From a virus, in IMG/VR virus record IMGVR_UViG_3300025117_000028, positions 59,916 through 123,915 of that record: a stretch of 64,000 nucleotides of DNA. One strand, 5' to 3'. This document shows positions 29,738 through 40,121 of the stretch, piece by piece; position 1 is the stretch's first letter, and the number at the start of each line of letters is the position of its first letter. The translations under genes were made by a program, and so were the position numbers. The notes below the pieces were generated by a model. It worked only from the letters and a program-made list of their open reading frames with translations. It ran no database searches and was not told the origin of the DNA.

Positions 29738-29982
29738 AATTTTTTAAGTTCATTTAATAATTCTTCTGGTGTCATAGAGTCATATTCTTTTATCTGCTTT
29801 TTCATTTCTTCCAAAGACAAGGGAGGAGGAGGCAAATCTACTACGATTTTCTTTTCGAGTTCCAGAATTGAATCTGTTTTAGAAGGTTCTTTCTGTCTCC
29901 AGAAAAAGAATAAAGTTAAAAGACCCATTCCAAACCCACAAATAATTTGCCAATACTTTTTTATAAATTGCATAAACGCCAT
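29734..29982 (-). CDS. Small single-TM protein
   Basis: AGGAG RBS before the ATG at 29982; TM helix then PPPP and coiled segment. Confidence 0.55.
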   Translation of the reverse strand: MAFMQFIKKYWQIICGFGMGLLTLFFFWRQKEPSKTDSILELEKKIVVDLPPPPLSLEEMKKQIKEYDSMTPEELLNELKKL

Positions 29983-30158
29983 CTGTTTTCTCCTGGTTTT
30001 AATTGATTCCAATCTTCAAAAAATTTTTTCCATCCTCCAATGGATCTGTAAATTTGGGCCTCTTCTTTATATGTGGTATAATCAATCTCGCCATCATATT
30101 GATTTATATAGGCTATATACCCTTGTCGTTTGTTATCAAAAACAATAAATTCTTCCAT
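29961..30158 (-). CDS. Hypothetical protein
   Basis: 65 aa. Confidence 0.45.
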   Translation of the reverse strand: MEEFIVFDNKRQGYIAYINQYDGEIDYTTYKEEAQIYRSIGGWKKFFEDWNQLKPGENRWRLCNL

Positions 30159-30166
30159 AAACCCTT

Positions 30167-30619
30167 ATGTTTAAAATAAATAAGACATTATTAGCTCGTA
30201 TTGCAGATATATATATACGAAGAGGAGGTCTCATCTCCTCAAAGCGAGATATTATGAAATATCTTAATCAATTTATAGACGATAAATTCTTAGATGAGAA
30301 TAGGATTTTTTTTCAATTAAGAAATAAAAATCTTAATATTATTGCTAAAGTTTTAGCTGATGATTTACATTATCGAATTAATGATATTACTTTCCAAGGT
30401 ACAAGTATAGGCGAAGTTGAAATCCCTTATTCGGATAACAACCTGCCTAATACTTGTTCTATTCTTAAGGAAGACTACTGCAATTATCTTAAAGAAATTG
30501 GATTGAGCAAAAGAAATTATACTAGGGTCATTCCTCAGTCTGTTCGGTTTGCTTTTGGAATTCTTGCTTCTTCTCCTCAACGGCTTGAGAATCTCGATAC
30601 GCCCGAATTGTCTCTTTGA
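30167..30619 (+). CDS. Hypothetical protein, lone plus-strand ORF in the minus block
   Basis: 150 aa ORF; no long minus-strand alternative over most of its length. Confidence 0.45.
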   Translation: MFKINKTLLARIADIYIRRGGLISSKRDIMKYLNQFIDDKFLDENRIFFQLRNKNLNIIAKVLADDLHYRINDITFQGTSIGEVEIPYSDNNLPNTCSILKEDYCNYLKEIGLSKRNYTRVIPQSVRFAFGILASSPQRLENLDTPELSL

Positions 30620-30872
30620 CTTTTACTTTTAATTCTTCTTCTGAGAAGATTTGTTTGTCTATTAGTAACGATTCGACACTCTGGATAATTGTTCCCATCT
30701 CCATTGAGAAAGGTTTCAGTTCCATAAGAGAAGCAACAATTTGTGCTAATCGTTTTTCTAGGGTATCTACTCGAACTTTAGTATCTGCTAAAATAGTCTC
30801 TAAAAGCCGAGTAGAAGCTCCTAGATTATCAGTTAATTTTTCCAGTAAGCTTTCTAATTTTTCTTCGTTCAT
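30528..30872 (-). CDS. Coiled-coil hypothetical protein
   Basis: AAGGA RBS before the ATG at 30872; heptads. Confidence 0.55.
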   Translation of the reverse strand: MNEEKLESLLEKLTDNLGASTRLLETILADTKVRVDTLEKRLAQIVASLMELKPFSMEMGTIIQSVESLLIDKQIFSEEELKVKVKETIRAYRDSQAVEEKKQEFQKQTEQTEE

Positions 30873-30879
30873 AAATCCT

Positions 30880-31188
30880 TTATTCAATTTGAATTATTTT
30901 TTGAGTTTGTTTGGGTTTTTCTGTTTCTATGATAAGCAAACCATTATCATATTTAGCTATAATTCTTACTGTTGTATCGTCTAACATACAATGATATTCG
31001 AAGCCAGGTTTATAATCCTTTTCTTTGTCTCCTTTACCTGTAATGACCAAACAATCATTTTCAATTTTAAGAGTTAAATCTTCTTTGGCATAACCAGCAA
31101 CTGGAATTTGCCATTGACCAGTTGACGATATAGGGAACAATTCTGTCAGTAGATAGTCAAACGGATTACGGTAACTGCAATAGGGCAT
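30880..31188 (-). CDS. Small heat-shock protein (Hsp20/alpha-crystallin)
   Basis: VAGYAKEDLTLKIENDCLVITG and AKYDNGLLII motifs. Confidence 0.85.
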   Translation of the reverse strand: MPYCSYRNPFDYLLTELFPISSTGQWQIPVAGYAKEDLTLKIENDCLVITGKGDKEKDYKPGFEYHCMLDDTTVRIIAKYDNGLLIIETEKPKQTQKIIQIE

Positions 31189-31219
31189 ATGATTACCTCC
31201 AATGAATTAAACATGTCTA

Positions 31220-31247
31220 ATAATAATTCTTACCTGTTTTCTGTCAA
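31220..31247 (-). promoter_or_regulatory. Sigma70-like promoter upstream of the sHSP gene
   Basis: TTGACA-16 nt-TATTAT on the minus strand in a true intergenic gap, followed by a GGAGG RBS. Confidence 0.55.
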
Positions 31248-31297
31248 GAAATAAGCGTAAATTAAAACTATTACTATTGTCATAACAATTAAAAAGC

Positions 31298-31555
31298 TCA
31301 TGTTACTTTCCTAATCTCGATCCATAAGTCTTCTTTGGATTTCATTAGTTTACTGAGATCCAGGTTCATATGTTCAATCTTATATTTTTTTTCTCCTGTC
31401 TCTTCACATTCTGGGCAATCCATAGACTCTAAGTTTATGTTTGTTGGTTTCTTTTCGAGTCCTTTAGGAGTCCATTCATAATGAGTGGCACCATAGGTAA
31501 ACCCACAATGAAGACATTTGAAGCAGAATCCATGATCAAATATTGTTGCTTTCAA
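31298..31555 (-). CDS. Zn-ribbon protein (TTG start)
   Basis: FKCLHCG...CPECE. Confidence 0.6.
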   Translation of the reverse strand: MKATIFDHGFCFKCLHCGFTYGATHYEWTPKGLEKKPTNINLESMDCPECEETGEKKYKIEHMNLDLSKLMKSKEDLWIEIRKVT

Positions 31556-31620
31556 GGAAACCTCTTATGCATTAAATACCAACCACCCATTATAATGAGA
31601 GAGATCAAGAAAAGATCCAT
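31552..31620 (-). CDS. 22-aa hydrophobic micropeptide MDLFLISLIIMGGWYLMHKRFP
   Basis: GAGG RBS; its TGA overlaps the TTG start of the next gene; fills the gap exactly. Confidence 0.5.
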   Translation of the reverse strand: MDLFLISLIIMGGWYLMHKRFP

Positions 31621-31624
31621 GATC

Positions 31625-32686
31625 TTATTTAACCTCTATCATATATTGCCAAGTGGTTTTGTATTTATTAGAAACTCCAAACAACCATTGACCTGGGATT
31701 GCCGACACTGACATACGTTCAGATAAGTCGTCTCCATTCATCAAAGATGAATTTCTGAAAACGCGTAAATCTTTATTTACATCGAACATAGTAAAGTGAT
31801 GCCAATGGCCATATAACATAATCTGACATTTATGTAGGTTATGCCAACCTTCAAATTTACATTGAGAGGCATATGTTCCTGAATGTTTAGGAGCAGTATG
31901 GCGCGCCTGCATTCTCCAGCCTTTAACATCAAAATTGATAAAGTCTGTTCTGGAATAGCAGACACTTACATTAGTAAGTTCGTGGCAAGTATTTTTTAGT
32001 TCATCTACGAAAAATTCAAGCTGAGTATATAAGGCCAAATCATGATTAGATTCTTCACTATGATCTTTGCCCGCAGAACCATGATTACCTTTTACACAAT
32101 ATACTTTTACACTAGTAAATATTTCGCTGACTGTTTTGAGAAGAGCAATCAGTTCATGAAGAACTGCACGCATTTGAAAGGGAGGAGTATCTTCTATATG
32201 ATAGGCTTGTGTAGGATATATAGAATCGCCGTCTACTAGATCTCCGGCTAAGACTAAGATTAATTCATCTATAGGAGTGTTATGAGAAACGCGTTTTATA
32301 ACCTTTAGACTATTAGATAATATCTTATGTAATCTTTCAGAGGCAATAGCCATATTATAGGTTACTGTTCCATCTTCGTCTCTGACTTCTTTACCAAAGT
32401 GTAAGTCTGAGAGTAATAAGACAGCTGCTTCTGCTTGGTCGTCTGGTTTCTTTTTGGGCTTTGTCTCTAACTTTGGTGTTTGAAGCATTTCGCGAAGAGC
32501 GTGTACAATAGCAATTTCTTTTTCTGCTAATTCGGTAACTGTTTTTCTTGTAAGAGATTTGTCTTTTTGGTTTCTTATATCTAGAGCCATTGCTTCTACA
32601 AGAAGATCAAAGTCCCAGAATTCTCTATCTTTTTCAGTCATTGTATCGTAATATTTTTTGGCCCTACTAATTAATGTGTCTTCCAT
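31625..32686 (-). CDS. Calcineurin-like metallophosphoesterase
   Basis: SDLHFG, GDLVDG, GNHG and GHWH motifs. Confidence 0.85.
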   Translation of the reverse strand: MEDTLISRAKKYYDTMTEKDREFWDFDLLVEAMALDIRNQKDKSLTRKTVTELAEKEIAIVHALREMLQTPKLETKPKKKPDDQAEAAVLLLSDLHFGKEVRDEDGTVTYNMAIASERLHKILSNSLKVIKRVSHNTPIDELILVLAGDLVDGDSIYPTQAYHIEDTPPFQMRAVLHELIALLKTVSEIFTSVKVYCVKGNHGSAGKDHSEESNHDLALYTQLEFFVDELKNTCHELTNVSVCYSRTDFINFDVKGWRMQARHTAPKHSGTYASQCKFEGWHNLHKCQIMLYGHWHHFTMFDVNKDLRVFRNSSLMNGDDLSERMSVSAIPGQWLFGVSNKYKTTWQYMIEVK

Positions 32687-32706
32687 ACAATCCTTAATAA
32701 AACTTT

Positions 32707-33027
32707 TTACTGATCTTTGTTTTGATTTTTTTCTTGTTTCTTCTCTTCAAAGTTTATCACATTTCCGGTCATACGTTTATCACGTAAAACAAATTTATTG
32801 TCTTCTACGGAAATCATGTACGCACAAGGATTTTCTCTTTCTCTTTCACAATATGAACATTCACAATTATCGTCATAACCATTTGTTTTAGCTAACTGTA
32901 AAAATAAATTCAAGATAGCGATAGGTGAACACTCTTCGCGAATAGATATCATTCCTTGTTTACCTTCGAGAGGTAATGAATTTAAAAATTTCAATATATC
33001 TTTCGACGAAACAAAAACTTCTTGCAT
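32707..33027 (-). CDS. Hypothetical protein
   Basis: Start at 33027 (TAATG overlap); CECSYC motif. Confidence 0.5.
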   Translation of the reverse strand: MQEVFVSSKDILKFLNSLPLEGKQGMISIREECSPIAILNLFLQLAKTNGYDDNCECSYCERERENPCAYMISVEDNKFVLRDKRMTGNVINFEEKKQEKNQNKDQ

Positions 33028-33374
33028 TATAGAACCTCTACTTCTATAGGTTTCCACATTATAAAAGGATGGCGGGTATGAGTACTGTTAAACGAGCAAT
33101 AACTGAAAATAATTTGGCTATTAAGAATCCAAGCTGTATGTGTAAAAAATTTATCAGAAGAATCAGATCGATTTTTAACATAAAACTCTATACCGACTTC
33201 AGTTAAAGGACTATGACGAAGCTCTTCCTCTACTTCTAATAAGTCTTGTATACTAGCAAGAGTAAATCCTTCCTGGGGAGCTGTTTTTAATTTTACGTCT
33301 TGAGGTTCAGTAAACATCCATATCTTCGGGTCACCTTTTTTGGTAATGGTATATATGTCTCCAATTCTCAACAT
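33027..33374 (-). CDS. Hypothetical protein
   Basis: 115 aa, coupled to dnaE. Confidence 0.5.
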   Translation of the reverse strand: MLRIGDIYTITKKGDPKIWMFTEPQDVKLKTAPQEGFTLASIQDLLEVEEELRHSPLTEVGIEFYVKNRSDSSDKFFTHTAWILNSQIIFSYCSFNSTHTRHPFIMWKPIEVEVL

Positions 33375-36300
33375 ACTCTTTTTCCAAATATAGATTTTAA
33401 TTTATTTAAATTAATTTTCAATTCTTTATTTAACAGGTATTTATATTTATCTATTAAGTAATAAATATTTACTTTGTCCTCTCCGGTTTCATTTAAGAAA
33501 TCCAAATCTGACAGAGTTTCTACTTTAAAAGATCCACGACGAATAGGTTTAGTTGGAATTCTCTTTTCTATTTTTCGAGGATAAATAGATAGAGTGCGTT
33601 CTTCGGCAAATTCTTTAAACCTACATTGACCTTCTATATAGTAGACAGCGCCTGCTTCAATAGTATCTTTTATGCGTGTCCATTTATCTGAAAACAAGAC
33701 TACATCCGCTGTCCCAGTTAAATCTTCTACTGTTAAGATAGCCATTAATTGACCAGCATTTCTGCCGTTTTTAATAGTAATTTCTTTCACAGCTGTTATA
33801 AGAAATAAAAATTCGGAGTTAAAACTCTCTAATCCTTCTTCTAACACTCTTTCAATAGATGAATATCCGGCTTTATCTATCTCTGAAAATTCATCTAATG
33901 GATGACCGCTAAAATAAGTTCCCACTAAACTCTTTTCCAAAGACAATAAATCTAAGTTAGAATATTCGCCAAGTTTAACCCTATACCACCAAGGGTTTTC
34001 TACATCTCTATTAAAGAGTGCATCATCTATTGCATACTCTATATGCTCTTTTCTAGTGTGAGGAAATTCATTTAATGCTCCTGCTTGAGCAAGAACATTT
34101 AAAGTTCGTGCCGTCAATTCTTTACAGGAATAGAGTCGGCCTGACAACTCATAGATGTCAGTGTATTTTCCTTGTTTTTCTCTTTCGTTAATAATAGAGT
34201 CGCATGCTACTTTAGAAGCTCCTTTAATACAAGATAAACCATAAAATATTTTTTTGTCTTTAATTCTGAAATCCGAATCTGAAACATTGACATTCGGAGC
34301 TAAGACATCAATTCCATTTTTTTTACACCAAGTTAAATACTTAGGAATATAAGAACGAGATTTCTCTGAGTTGTCTTTTCCTTTTACATAAAATAGAGCG
34401 GCCATAAACTCAGCAGGATAATGTGTTTTAAGATAGGCCATTATATAAGTTATTAGAGAGTAACTCATGGCATGTGATTTATTGAAACCATAGAGGCCAA
34501 ATTTTTCTATGGCATCAAATATTTCATTTGATGTTTTTTCTGTTATTCTATTTAATTTTGCTTGATCGACAAATTTTTTACGTTCAAGACGCAACTCGTT
34601 GATTTTCTTCTTCCCAACATGCTTTCGAAGGGTGTCCGATTCGGCCATTGTATAACAAGCAACGGCTTTACTAATTTCCATTAACTGCTCTTGATAGATA
34701 AGTAATCCCTGCGTCTTCTCAAGGATTCTTATCACCTGTTCTTGTACTTGTGGATTTTCTGGGATATGGAATAAGATATTTATGTCGTTGGTTTCTTTGG
34801 CTCTAATGTATTCGTGGTGGAGTCCACTATCAATTGGGCCTGGTCGGACAATACTGACAATTTCTGATATATTTTCAATGCATCTGGGTTTTGTCCGAGC
34901 ACAAATTTCTGAAAATAGTTGGGACCCTTCGAGCTGAAATATTCCAAGCATGTCTCCAGTCCCCAAATTATCATAAGTCTCCCCATCATTTTCACATATG
35001 GATTCAATAATAAAGGTGGAATCATTTTTCTTAATAAACTCCTCTGTCTTCGAAATAACCCGTAAAGAATCTAGTCCTAGAATATCAAATTTAACTAAAC
35101 CTGCGGCTTCTAAGTCTCCCATGTCCCATTGACATGAGGTTACGCGTTTTTCATATTTAATACCTTCTTGATTTTCTAATCCTACATTTAAGGTATATGT
35201 AGGAACTATATCTGTAATTGGTATAGGTGAAACAATTATTCCTGAAGGGTGAACACTTAAACTTGTGATGACGCCATCAAATGTTTTGGCATATTTAAAT
35301 AAATCTTTATATTTAGAATCATTATAATAAATAAAAATATCGTGATCTTTTGGTAAGAGTTCAAGCCTATCTAAATCAAAATTAATCCCACGGTTTGAAT
35401 CGGGGATTGCCTTAGCAATCATATCTGCTTCATTAAGAGGTATATTTAAAACGCGCGCAACTCCTCTGATTGCTCCTTTTGCCGCAAAAGGTTTAAAGAC
35501 ATTAATATGTAAAACTTTTTCTGGACTGTGCTTCTTGATACAGTATTCTATAACGCTGTCTCTATCTTCAAAGTCACAGTCTAGGTCGGGTAAACTTACT
35601 CGTGATGGGTTTAAAAAACGCTCAAATATTAAATTATATTTAACTGGATCTACATCAGTAACTCCTAATAGATAAAATATTAAACTACCTGCTCCACTTC
35701 CACGTCCTGGACCAACTCTTATCTTATTCTTTTTTGCCCATTGTACATAGTCTGAAACAGCCGCGAAATAGGAAGCAAATTCCATCTTCTCTATAACGGA
35801 CATTTCATATTCTAAACGCTTTATGTATATATCTTTTTTATTTTCTGGTACTTGTTCTTCTAAACTTTTTAGCGCTGTTTCTTTTAGCCATTTAAGTGAA
35901 TCAATTGAATTGCCATAGCAATCTAAATGTTTAGGAAATAAATAACCTTTATAGTCTAACTTACAGTTACAACGTTCTGCTATTTTGACAGTATTAGCTA
36001 CAAATTCTGGATGATCTTTCCACGTTTCTTCTATTTCTTCTGGAGCCTGGAGATGACATTTCTCTGTATCCATATTAAATCTATCTTCATCAAGTAAGGT
36101 AGATTTAGTTTTAAGACACAATAGAATTTCGTGCGCCTTTTTATCTTCTTTATTAAGCCAATGAACATCATTGGTAATAACACAAGAAAGACCTGTCTCT
36201 TGTGCTGCTTGTATTAAATTTCCTGTTAAAAGATCCTGAATCTCCAATCCCAATCTTTGAAGTTCAATGTAGAAATAGTCCTTGCCAAACGTGCTCGCAA

Positions 36301-36748
36301 ACCAATCCAATAAAGGTCTATCCACATTGCCATCTCCTGTATGGAGTAGAGTAGCCAGACAACCGCTAAGTATAATAAGTCCATTTTTGTGTTTCTCCAA
36401 AAGTTCTAATGTAATACGAGGCTTTTTATAGAAATATTTTTCACTATATGCAAGACTTGAAAGCTTAACTAAGTTAAGCCACCCCTGTTGATTTTCACAC
36501 AGTAAAGTTATATGTGATATATCTTTACTTTCTAGATCTCTAGAGATATAAGCTTCCATCCCTAAGATGGGTTTTACTGTGCTGCTTTTAAATTCTTGAT
36601 AAAATTTGTAAGCGGAAAATAAATTTCCATGTTCAGTAATAGCAACGGCGGGAAGCCCTAACTTTTCTGCTTTTTTCTTGAGTCCTTCGATAGAGACAAG
36701 TCCATCTAAGATACTATACTGAGTATGGAGATGAAGGGGCACATACAT
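33368..36748 (-). CDS. dnaE: DNA polymerase III alpha subunit (family C)
   Basis: PHP HLHTQYSILDG; GPGRGSGAGS, FERFLNPSRVSLPDLDCD, SVHPSG, GLVKFDILG and YGFNKSHA motifs; C-terminal OB fold. Confidence 0.97.
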   Translation of the reverse strand: MYVPLHLHTQYSILDGLVSIEGLKKKAEKLGLPAVAITEHGNLFSAYKFYQEFKSSTVKPILGMEAYISRDLESKDISHITLLCENQQGWLNLVKLSSLAYSEKYFYKKPRITLELLEKHKNGLIILSGCLATLLHTGDGNVDRPLLDWFASTFGKDYFYIELQRLGLEIQDLLTGNLIQAAQETGLSCVITNDVHWLNKEDKKAHEILLCLKTKSTLLDEDRFNMDTEKCHLQAPEEIEETWKDHPEFVANTVKIAERCNCKLDYKGYLFPKHLDCYGNSIDSLKWLKETALKSLEEQVPENKKDIYIKRLEYEMSVIEKMEFASYFAAVSDYVQWAKKNKIRVGPGRGSGAGSLIFYLLGVTDVDPVKYNLIFERFLNPSRVSLPDLDCDFEDRDSVIEYCIKKHSPEKVLHINVFKPFAAKGAIRGVARVLNIPLNEADMIAKAIPDSNRGINFDLDRLELLPKDHDIFIYYNDSKYKDLFKYAKTFDGVITSLSVHPSGIIVSPIPITDIVPTYTLNVGLENQEGIKYEKRVTSCQWDMGDLEAAGLVKFDILGLDSLRVISKTEEFIKKNDSTFIIESICENDGETYDNLGTGDMLGIFQLEGSQLFSEICARTKPRCIENISEIVSIVRPGPIDSGLHHEYIRAKETNDINILFHIPENPQVQEQVIRILEKTQGLLIYQEQLMEISKAVACYTMAESDTLRKHVGKKKINELRLERKKFVDQAKLNRITEKTSNEIFDAIEKFGLYGFNKSHAMSYSLITYIMAYLKTHYPAEFMAALFYVKGKDNSEKSRSYIPKYLTWCKKNGIDVLAPNVNVSDSDFRIKDKKIFYGLSCIKGASKVACDSIINEREKQGKYTDIYELSGRLYSCKELTARTLNVLAQAGALNEFPHTRKEHIEYAIDDALFNRDVENPWWYRVKLGEYSNLDLLSLEKSLVGTYFSGHPLDEFSEIDKAGYSSIERVLEEGLESFNSEFLFLITAVKEITIKNGRNAGQLMAILTVEDLTGTADVVLFSDKWTRIKDTIEAGAVYYIEGQCRFKEFAEERTLSIYPRKIEKRIPTKPIRRGSFKVETLSDLDFLNETGEDKVNIYYLIDKYKYLLNKELKINLNKLKSIFGKRVC

Positions 36749-36755
36749 ATAATCC

Positions 36756-37607
36756 TTATAATGTTTCTGCGTCTGAAACTGCCATAATAATGGCTTGTTG
36801 CTCTAGCTCATGAGGGGTCCTATAATAACTTTTAATCTTGTTAAATAGCTGAATAGCAATTTCTGGATTTTTGTCTATTAAAAATAGTGCAGCAGCAAAA
36901 ATATAACCATATTCTTGTTGAAGAATTTCTGGATCAACAACGTTTTGCCTTAGTAAATATTTATACTTATCTATTTCAGTTGTTATTCGAAAATAATCAT
37001 AATGTTCTTGTTTGGAAAAATATTCCAACCACTCACCTTGGTATGGCGAATCACGCATTGTCTGAAAGTACTCTTCTCTATAATACTTATGATCCAATAA
37101 ATCAATTTTTGACTCTTTAATAAAAAGAGGAATTGGTCCCATGAGAAGGGTAGAAGAGAAATATGTAATTAGAGGTAAATCTAATGACATATTTTTTAAT
37201 ATTCGGTATATTTCATCATGATAAACTAAATCTTGTAATACAGATCCATCTACTCGTGAGAGATACTGATGTTTATTTTCTACGCTTGAAATAAAGTTTA
37301 TATAGTCATGGTTTGTTAATATTCGAGAAAGACTGCAAGGTGTAAGTTTGTAGAAGTAACAAGAAACTTGTAGTGGTAATGAAGCTTGAACAGAAATACG
37401 TATATAATACATTTTTGTAAATTTAGACATAGTTTTTATCTCGTCTAAAGTTACAAACTCAAATGGATATTGGAAACCATCATAACGCAATGTTTTCTGT
37501 TCGAAATCAATAGGAGAATAGAAACGTTCTCTTCGTGTTTTAAAAGCTGGATCATTAATCTTTATTAAAATATATCGGCTATGTCTCTCTTCATAGAAGT
37601 ATTGCAT
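36756..37607 (-). CDS. Hypothetical protein (Tyr-rich)
   Basis: 283 aa ORF. Confidence 0.6.
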   Translation of the reverse strand: MQYFYEERHSRYILIKINDPAFKTRRERFYSPIDFEQKTLRYDGFQYPFEFVTLDEIKTMSKFTKMYYIRISVQASLPLQVSCYFYKLTPCSLSRILTNHDYINFISSVENKHQYLSRVDGSVLQDLVYHDEIYRILKNMSLDLPLITYFSSTLLMGPIPLFIKESKIDLLDHKYYREEYFQTMRDSPYQGEWLEYFSKQEHYDYFRITTEIDKYKYLLRQNVVDPEILQQEYGYIFAAALFLIDKNPEIAIQLFNKIKSYYRTPHELEQQAIIMAVSDAETL

Positions 37608-37971
37608 CTTTCCTCTTAATTAGATTTTTATGTGGTTTGAATTCTATAAAAGTTTGTTCTGTCTCATAGACATCCACAATATTTTCTTTTTTATGTTTAA
37701 TATAAGTGTCATGCCCAACTAAAGTTTCTGTTTCTGAAACTAAAACTTCTGAAACAGGAATGACGTTAGTAAAAGCTTCCTTTTTTGAGGTCGCTTTAAA
37801 ATTCATATATTTATATTTAATATCTAAAAAATCATCTATTTTAAAAGGCAACTCTAAATTAATTGCTTTCTCAATCTCCTGGAAGATAGAAGTAAATATT
37901 AATTCAATATCTTCAACTGATATTTTCTGCAACTTCGGGTTCTGGCATATTTCTTTCAAGATATTCGGCAT
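37591..37971 (-). CDS. HU/IHF-like DNA-binding protein with a long arm
   Basis: Helix I..IF..I..AI followed by I..F..I strand and C-terminal FIEFKPHKNL. Confidence 0.5.
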   Translation of the reverse strand: MPNILKEICQNPKLQKISVEDIELIFTSIFQEIEKAINLELPFKIDDFLDIKYKYMNFKATSKKEAFTNVIPVSEVLVSETETLVGHDTYIKHKKENIVDVYETEQTFIEFKPHKNLIKRKDAILL

Positions 37972-38428
37972 CTTCTACCATCTCATCAAAGTGTGGTTGT
38001 ATCTCTTTTACTATATTAATCAATCGCAAAAAAGTTTCCTCAATGACAGCAACGCTGCACAGAGCAGTAACAATTCCAAATCCTACCTCCATTTGTAAAT
38101 TGTAGGCAGGATGATCGTCTTCTACTTTTTCTTCTAACCAAACATTATAAATTTTAGTCCCATTCTCATACATGAAGGGGAGAAGAGAAGTAATGACAGC
38201 AGGTGGGTCATATTTAATTGGAATATTTAATTCGACCGGAATAGAAATATGAACCGTTGATGCATCTTGCCATAGAATACTAAAAATTAACGAAATTTGT
38301 TCTGAATTAAAAGTAATACTATAGCGTGATCTTTCCATGCAGTCTTCAATTTTGATGTCTAATTCTTGTTCATCTTTTAAAATTTGTGCAAATTCGAGTA
38401 TTGATTCTCTTAAAAAGTCATTTATCAT
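37913..38428 (-). CDS. Hypothetical protein
   Basis: 171 aa, acidic. Confidence 0.55.
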   Translation of the reverse strand: MINDFLRESILEFAQILKDEQELDIKIEDCMERSRYSITFNSEQISLIFSILWQDASTVHISIPVELNIPIKYDPPAVITSLLPFMYENGTKIYNVWLEEKVEDDHPAYNLQMEVGFGIVTALCSVAVIEETFLRLINIVKEIQPHFDEMVEDAEYLERNMPEPEVAENIS

Positions 38429-39771
38429 AATTCCTCAATTCGTGTTAAATCTACAGAGTAACCATTTTGTGCATAAGTTCTTGCTAGTTTTCTAGCATAA
38501 CCCTTATATATATTATTACTATCTACTAAATAGTAAACGACAGAATCTTTTAGTCTTTCGGTTCTTCCTATACTTTGGAAGGCTGGTATATATCCAGCAA
38601 AGGGAGAGGCTAGAATAAGAGCATTGAGTCCAGGAATATCTAGACCCGTAGACAGAATAGACATTGTTGCAATAATAATAGGTTTATCGTATTGCTGTTC
38701 TCTATGATCTTTTTTTCTATTGTCTCCTGTTATAACTCCACGATCTTCTATTTTTTCAGCTAAATAATATATTTGCTTCTTGCGACAAGAAAGAATTAAA
38801 GTTTTTTTTTCTTGTTCTCGTAAGTCGTCAACTAAACTTAAAATTAAGTTATTGCGTCTTTCGTTTTCGCATATGTTGTTCATCATTCTCGAATCGTTTA
38901 GTTTCGATCCTTGTTTGGTGTATCTGTATTGTTCTTTTATTCTAATAAAAGTTGGGTAAAATATAATTTTTGCTTTTCCTGTTTCCCTAATAGGCTTAGA
39001 ATAAATAACTGGACCAATATGTAAATATAGTAAGCGCTGTAAACCATCATCCCTATCAACTGTAGCAGTAAGACCAATCCTACTTTTAGCAGGAAACAAA
39101 GACAAAACTCTTTGTCTTTCTGGCGAGCACATAGTATGTGCTTCATCGTATATACATACGCCGATTTTATTTATTACTTCTTTGGGAAAATCTAGCTTAT
39201 ATCCAGTTTGAACTAAACAAATGTAGCCCATTCTATCTTCCCATTCTCTTTTTCCTAAACCTATCACACCAATGTCTTCTGTTTTTAAATTGGTAAATTC
39301 TACGATTTTATCAATCCATTGTGTTATTAATGGTTCTACATGAACAAAGATAATAAATTGTCTTTTTAGTGTTGCTAAATATTTAATTGCTAAAGCAGTT
39401 TTTCCAGCGCCCGTATGTAAATGTAAAATTCCATTACGATTTTTAAGTGCGGCATCATAAGCTTCAATTTGAGTTTGATCGCGCAATAAAATATGGTCTA
39501 TTATATTTATATACCTACCAGTTTCTGTCTCGTCTTGGGTTTCCCACCCTAATTCAGCGCGTCTTTCAGAAGTATTAAGCATACGAGGGACATATAAGTA
39601 ATCATCATCTTCATGATATGCATTTATATATTGAGAAATATCTGTGGCATATCCGCTTTTAATTACTTTGTCATAAGCCTTGTTTTCTACAGTTAAGAAT
39701 TTTTTTAATTCAGCACAAAGTTCAACTTCTAGTCTAGGAATTTGTATATGATTGTTTATCTTAACTTTCAT
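38425..39771 (-). CDS. Superfamily 2 DNA/RNA helicase (UvsW/XPB/ResIII-like)
   Basis: LHTGAGKT, YDEAH, GLTAT, STGLDIP and QSIGRTER motifs. Confidence 0.9.
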   Translation of the reverse strand: MKVKINNHIQIPRLEVELCAELKKFLTVENKAYDKVIKSGYATDISQYINAYHEDDDYLYVPRMLNTSERRAELGWETQDETETGRYINIIDHILLRDQTQIEAYDAALKNRNGILHLHTGAGKTALAIKYLATLKRQFIIFVHVEPLITQWIDKIVEFTNLKTEDIGVIGLGKREWEDRMGYICLVQTGYKLDFPKEVINKIGVCIYDEAHTMCSPERQRVLSLFPAKSRIGLTATVDRDDGLQRLLYLHIGPVIYSKPIRETGKAKIIFYPTFIRIKEQYRYTKQGSKLNDSRMMNNICENERRNNLILSLVDDLREQEKKTLILSCRKKQIYYLAEKIEDRGVITGDNRKKDHREQQYDKPIIIATMSILSTGLDIPGLNALILASPFAGYIPAFQSIGRTERLKDSVVYYLVDSNNIYKGYARKLARTYAQNGYSVDLTRIEEL

Positions 39772-40121
39772 TCTATTTTGACCCACTTCCCTTCTTCATC
39801 TTTCCCTTCTACTTTTATTTCGCGCTCTATATTTTGTTCTATTTTCTCTTCAATATTTTTCAATGTGCCAGTTATACGAGCAGCCTCAAATATAAGCCAA
39901 TCTTGAAATTTTTTACTATTGACCATTCTACGAAACGCTAACTTTTTATTCTGATTTTGAGATCTTTCGTCGGCTGCGTTTCCTATCGCTCCTGAAGGTT
40001 CATGAGTACATCGAACTGCTGTATCTCTTTTGTTTCTATTCTGGCCTCCATTTCCTGAAGCCCTATAATATTCCCATTTTATATCTTTGGCTGTAACGCT
40101 AAAAAGTTTTTCTTTATCCAT
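39768..40121 (-). CDS. RF-1-domain peptidyl-tRNA hydrolase (ArfB/PrfH-like)
   Basis: YYRASGNGGQNRNK..TAVR.TH.PSG...ERSQ.QN; intact GGQ. Confidence 0.88.
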   Translation of the reverse strand: MDKEKLFSVTAKDIKWEYYRASGNGGQNRNKRDTAVRCTHEPSGAIGNAADERSQNQNKKLAFRRMVNSKKFQDWLIFEAARITGTLKNIEEKIEQNIEREIKVEGKDEEGKWVKIE

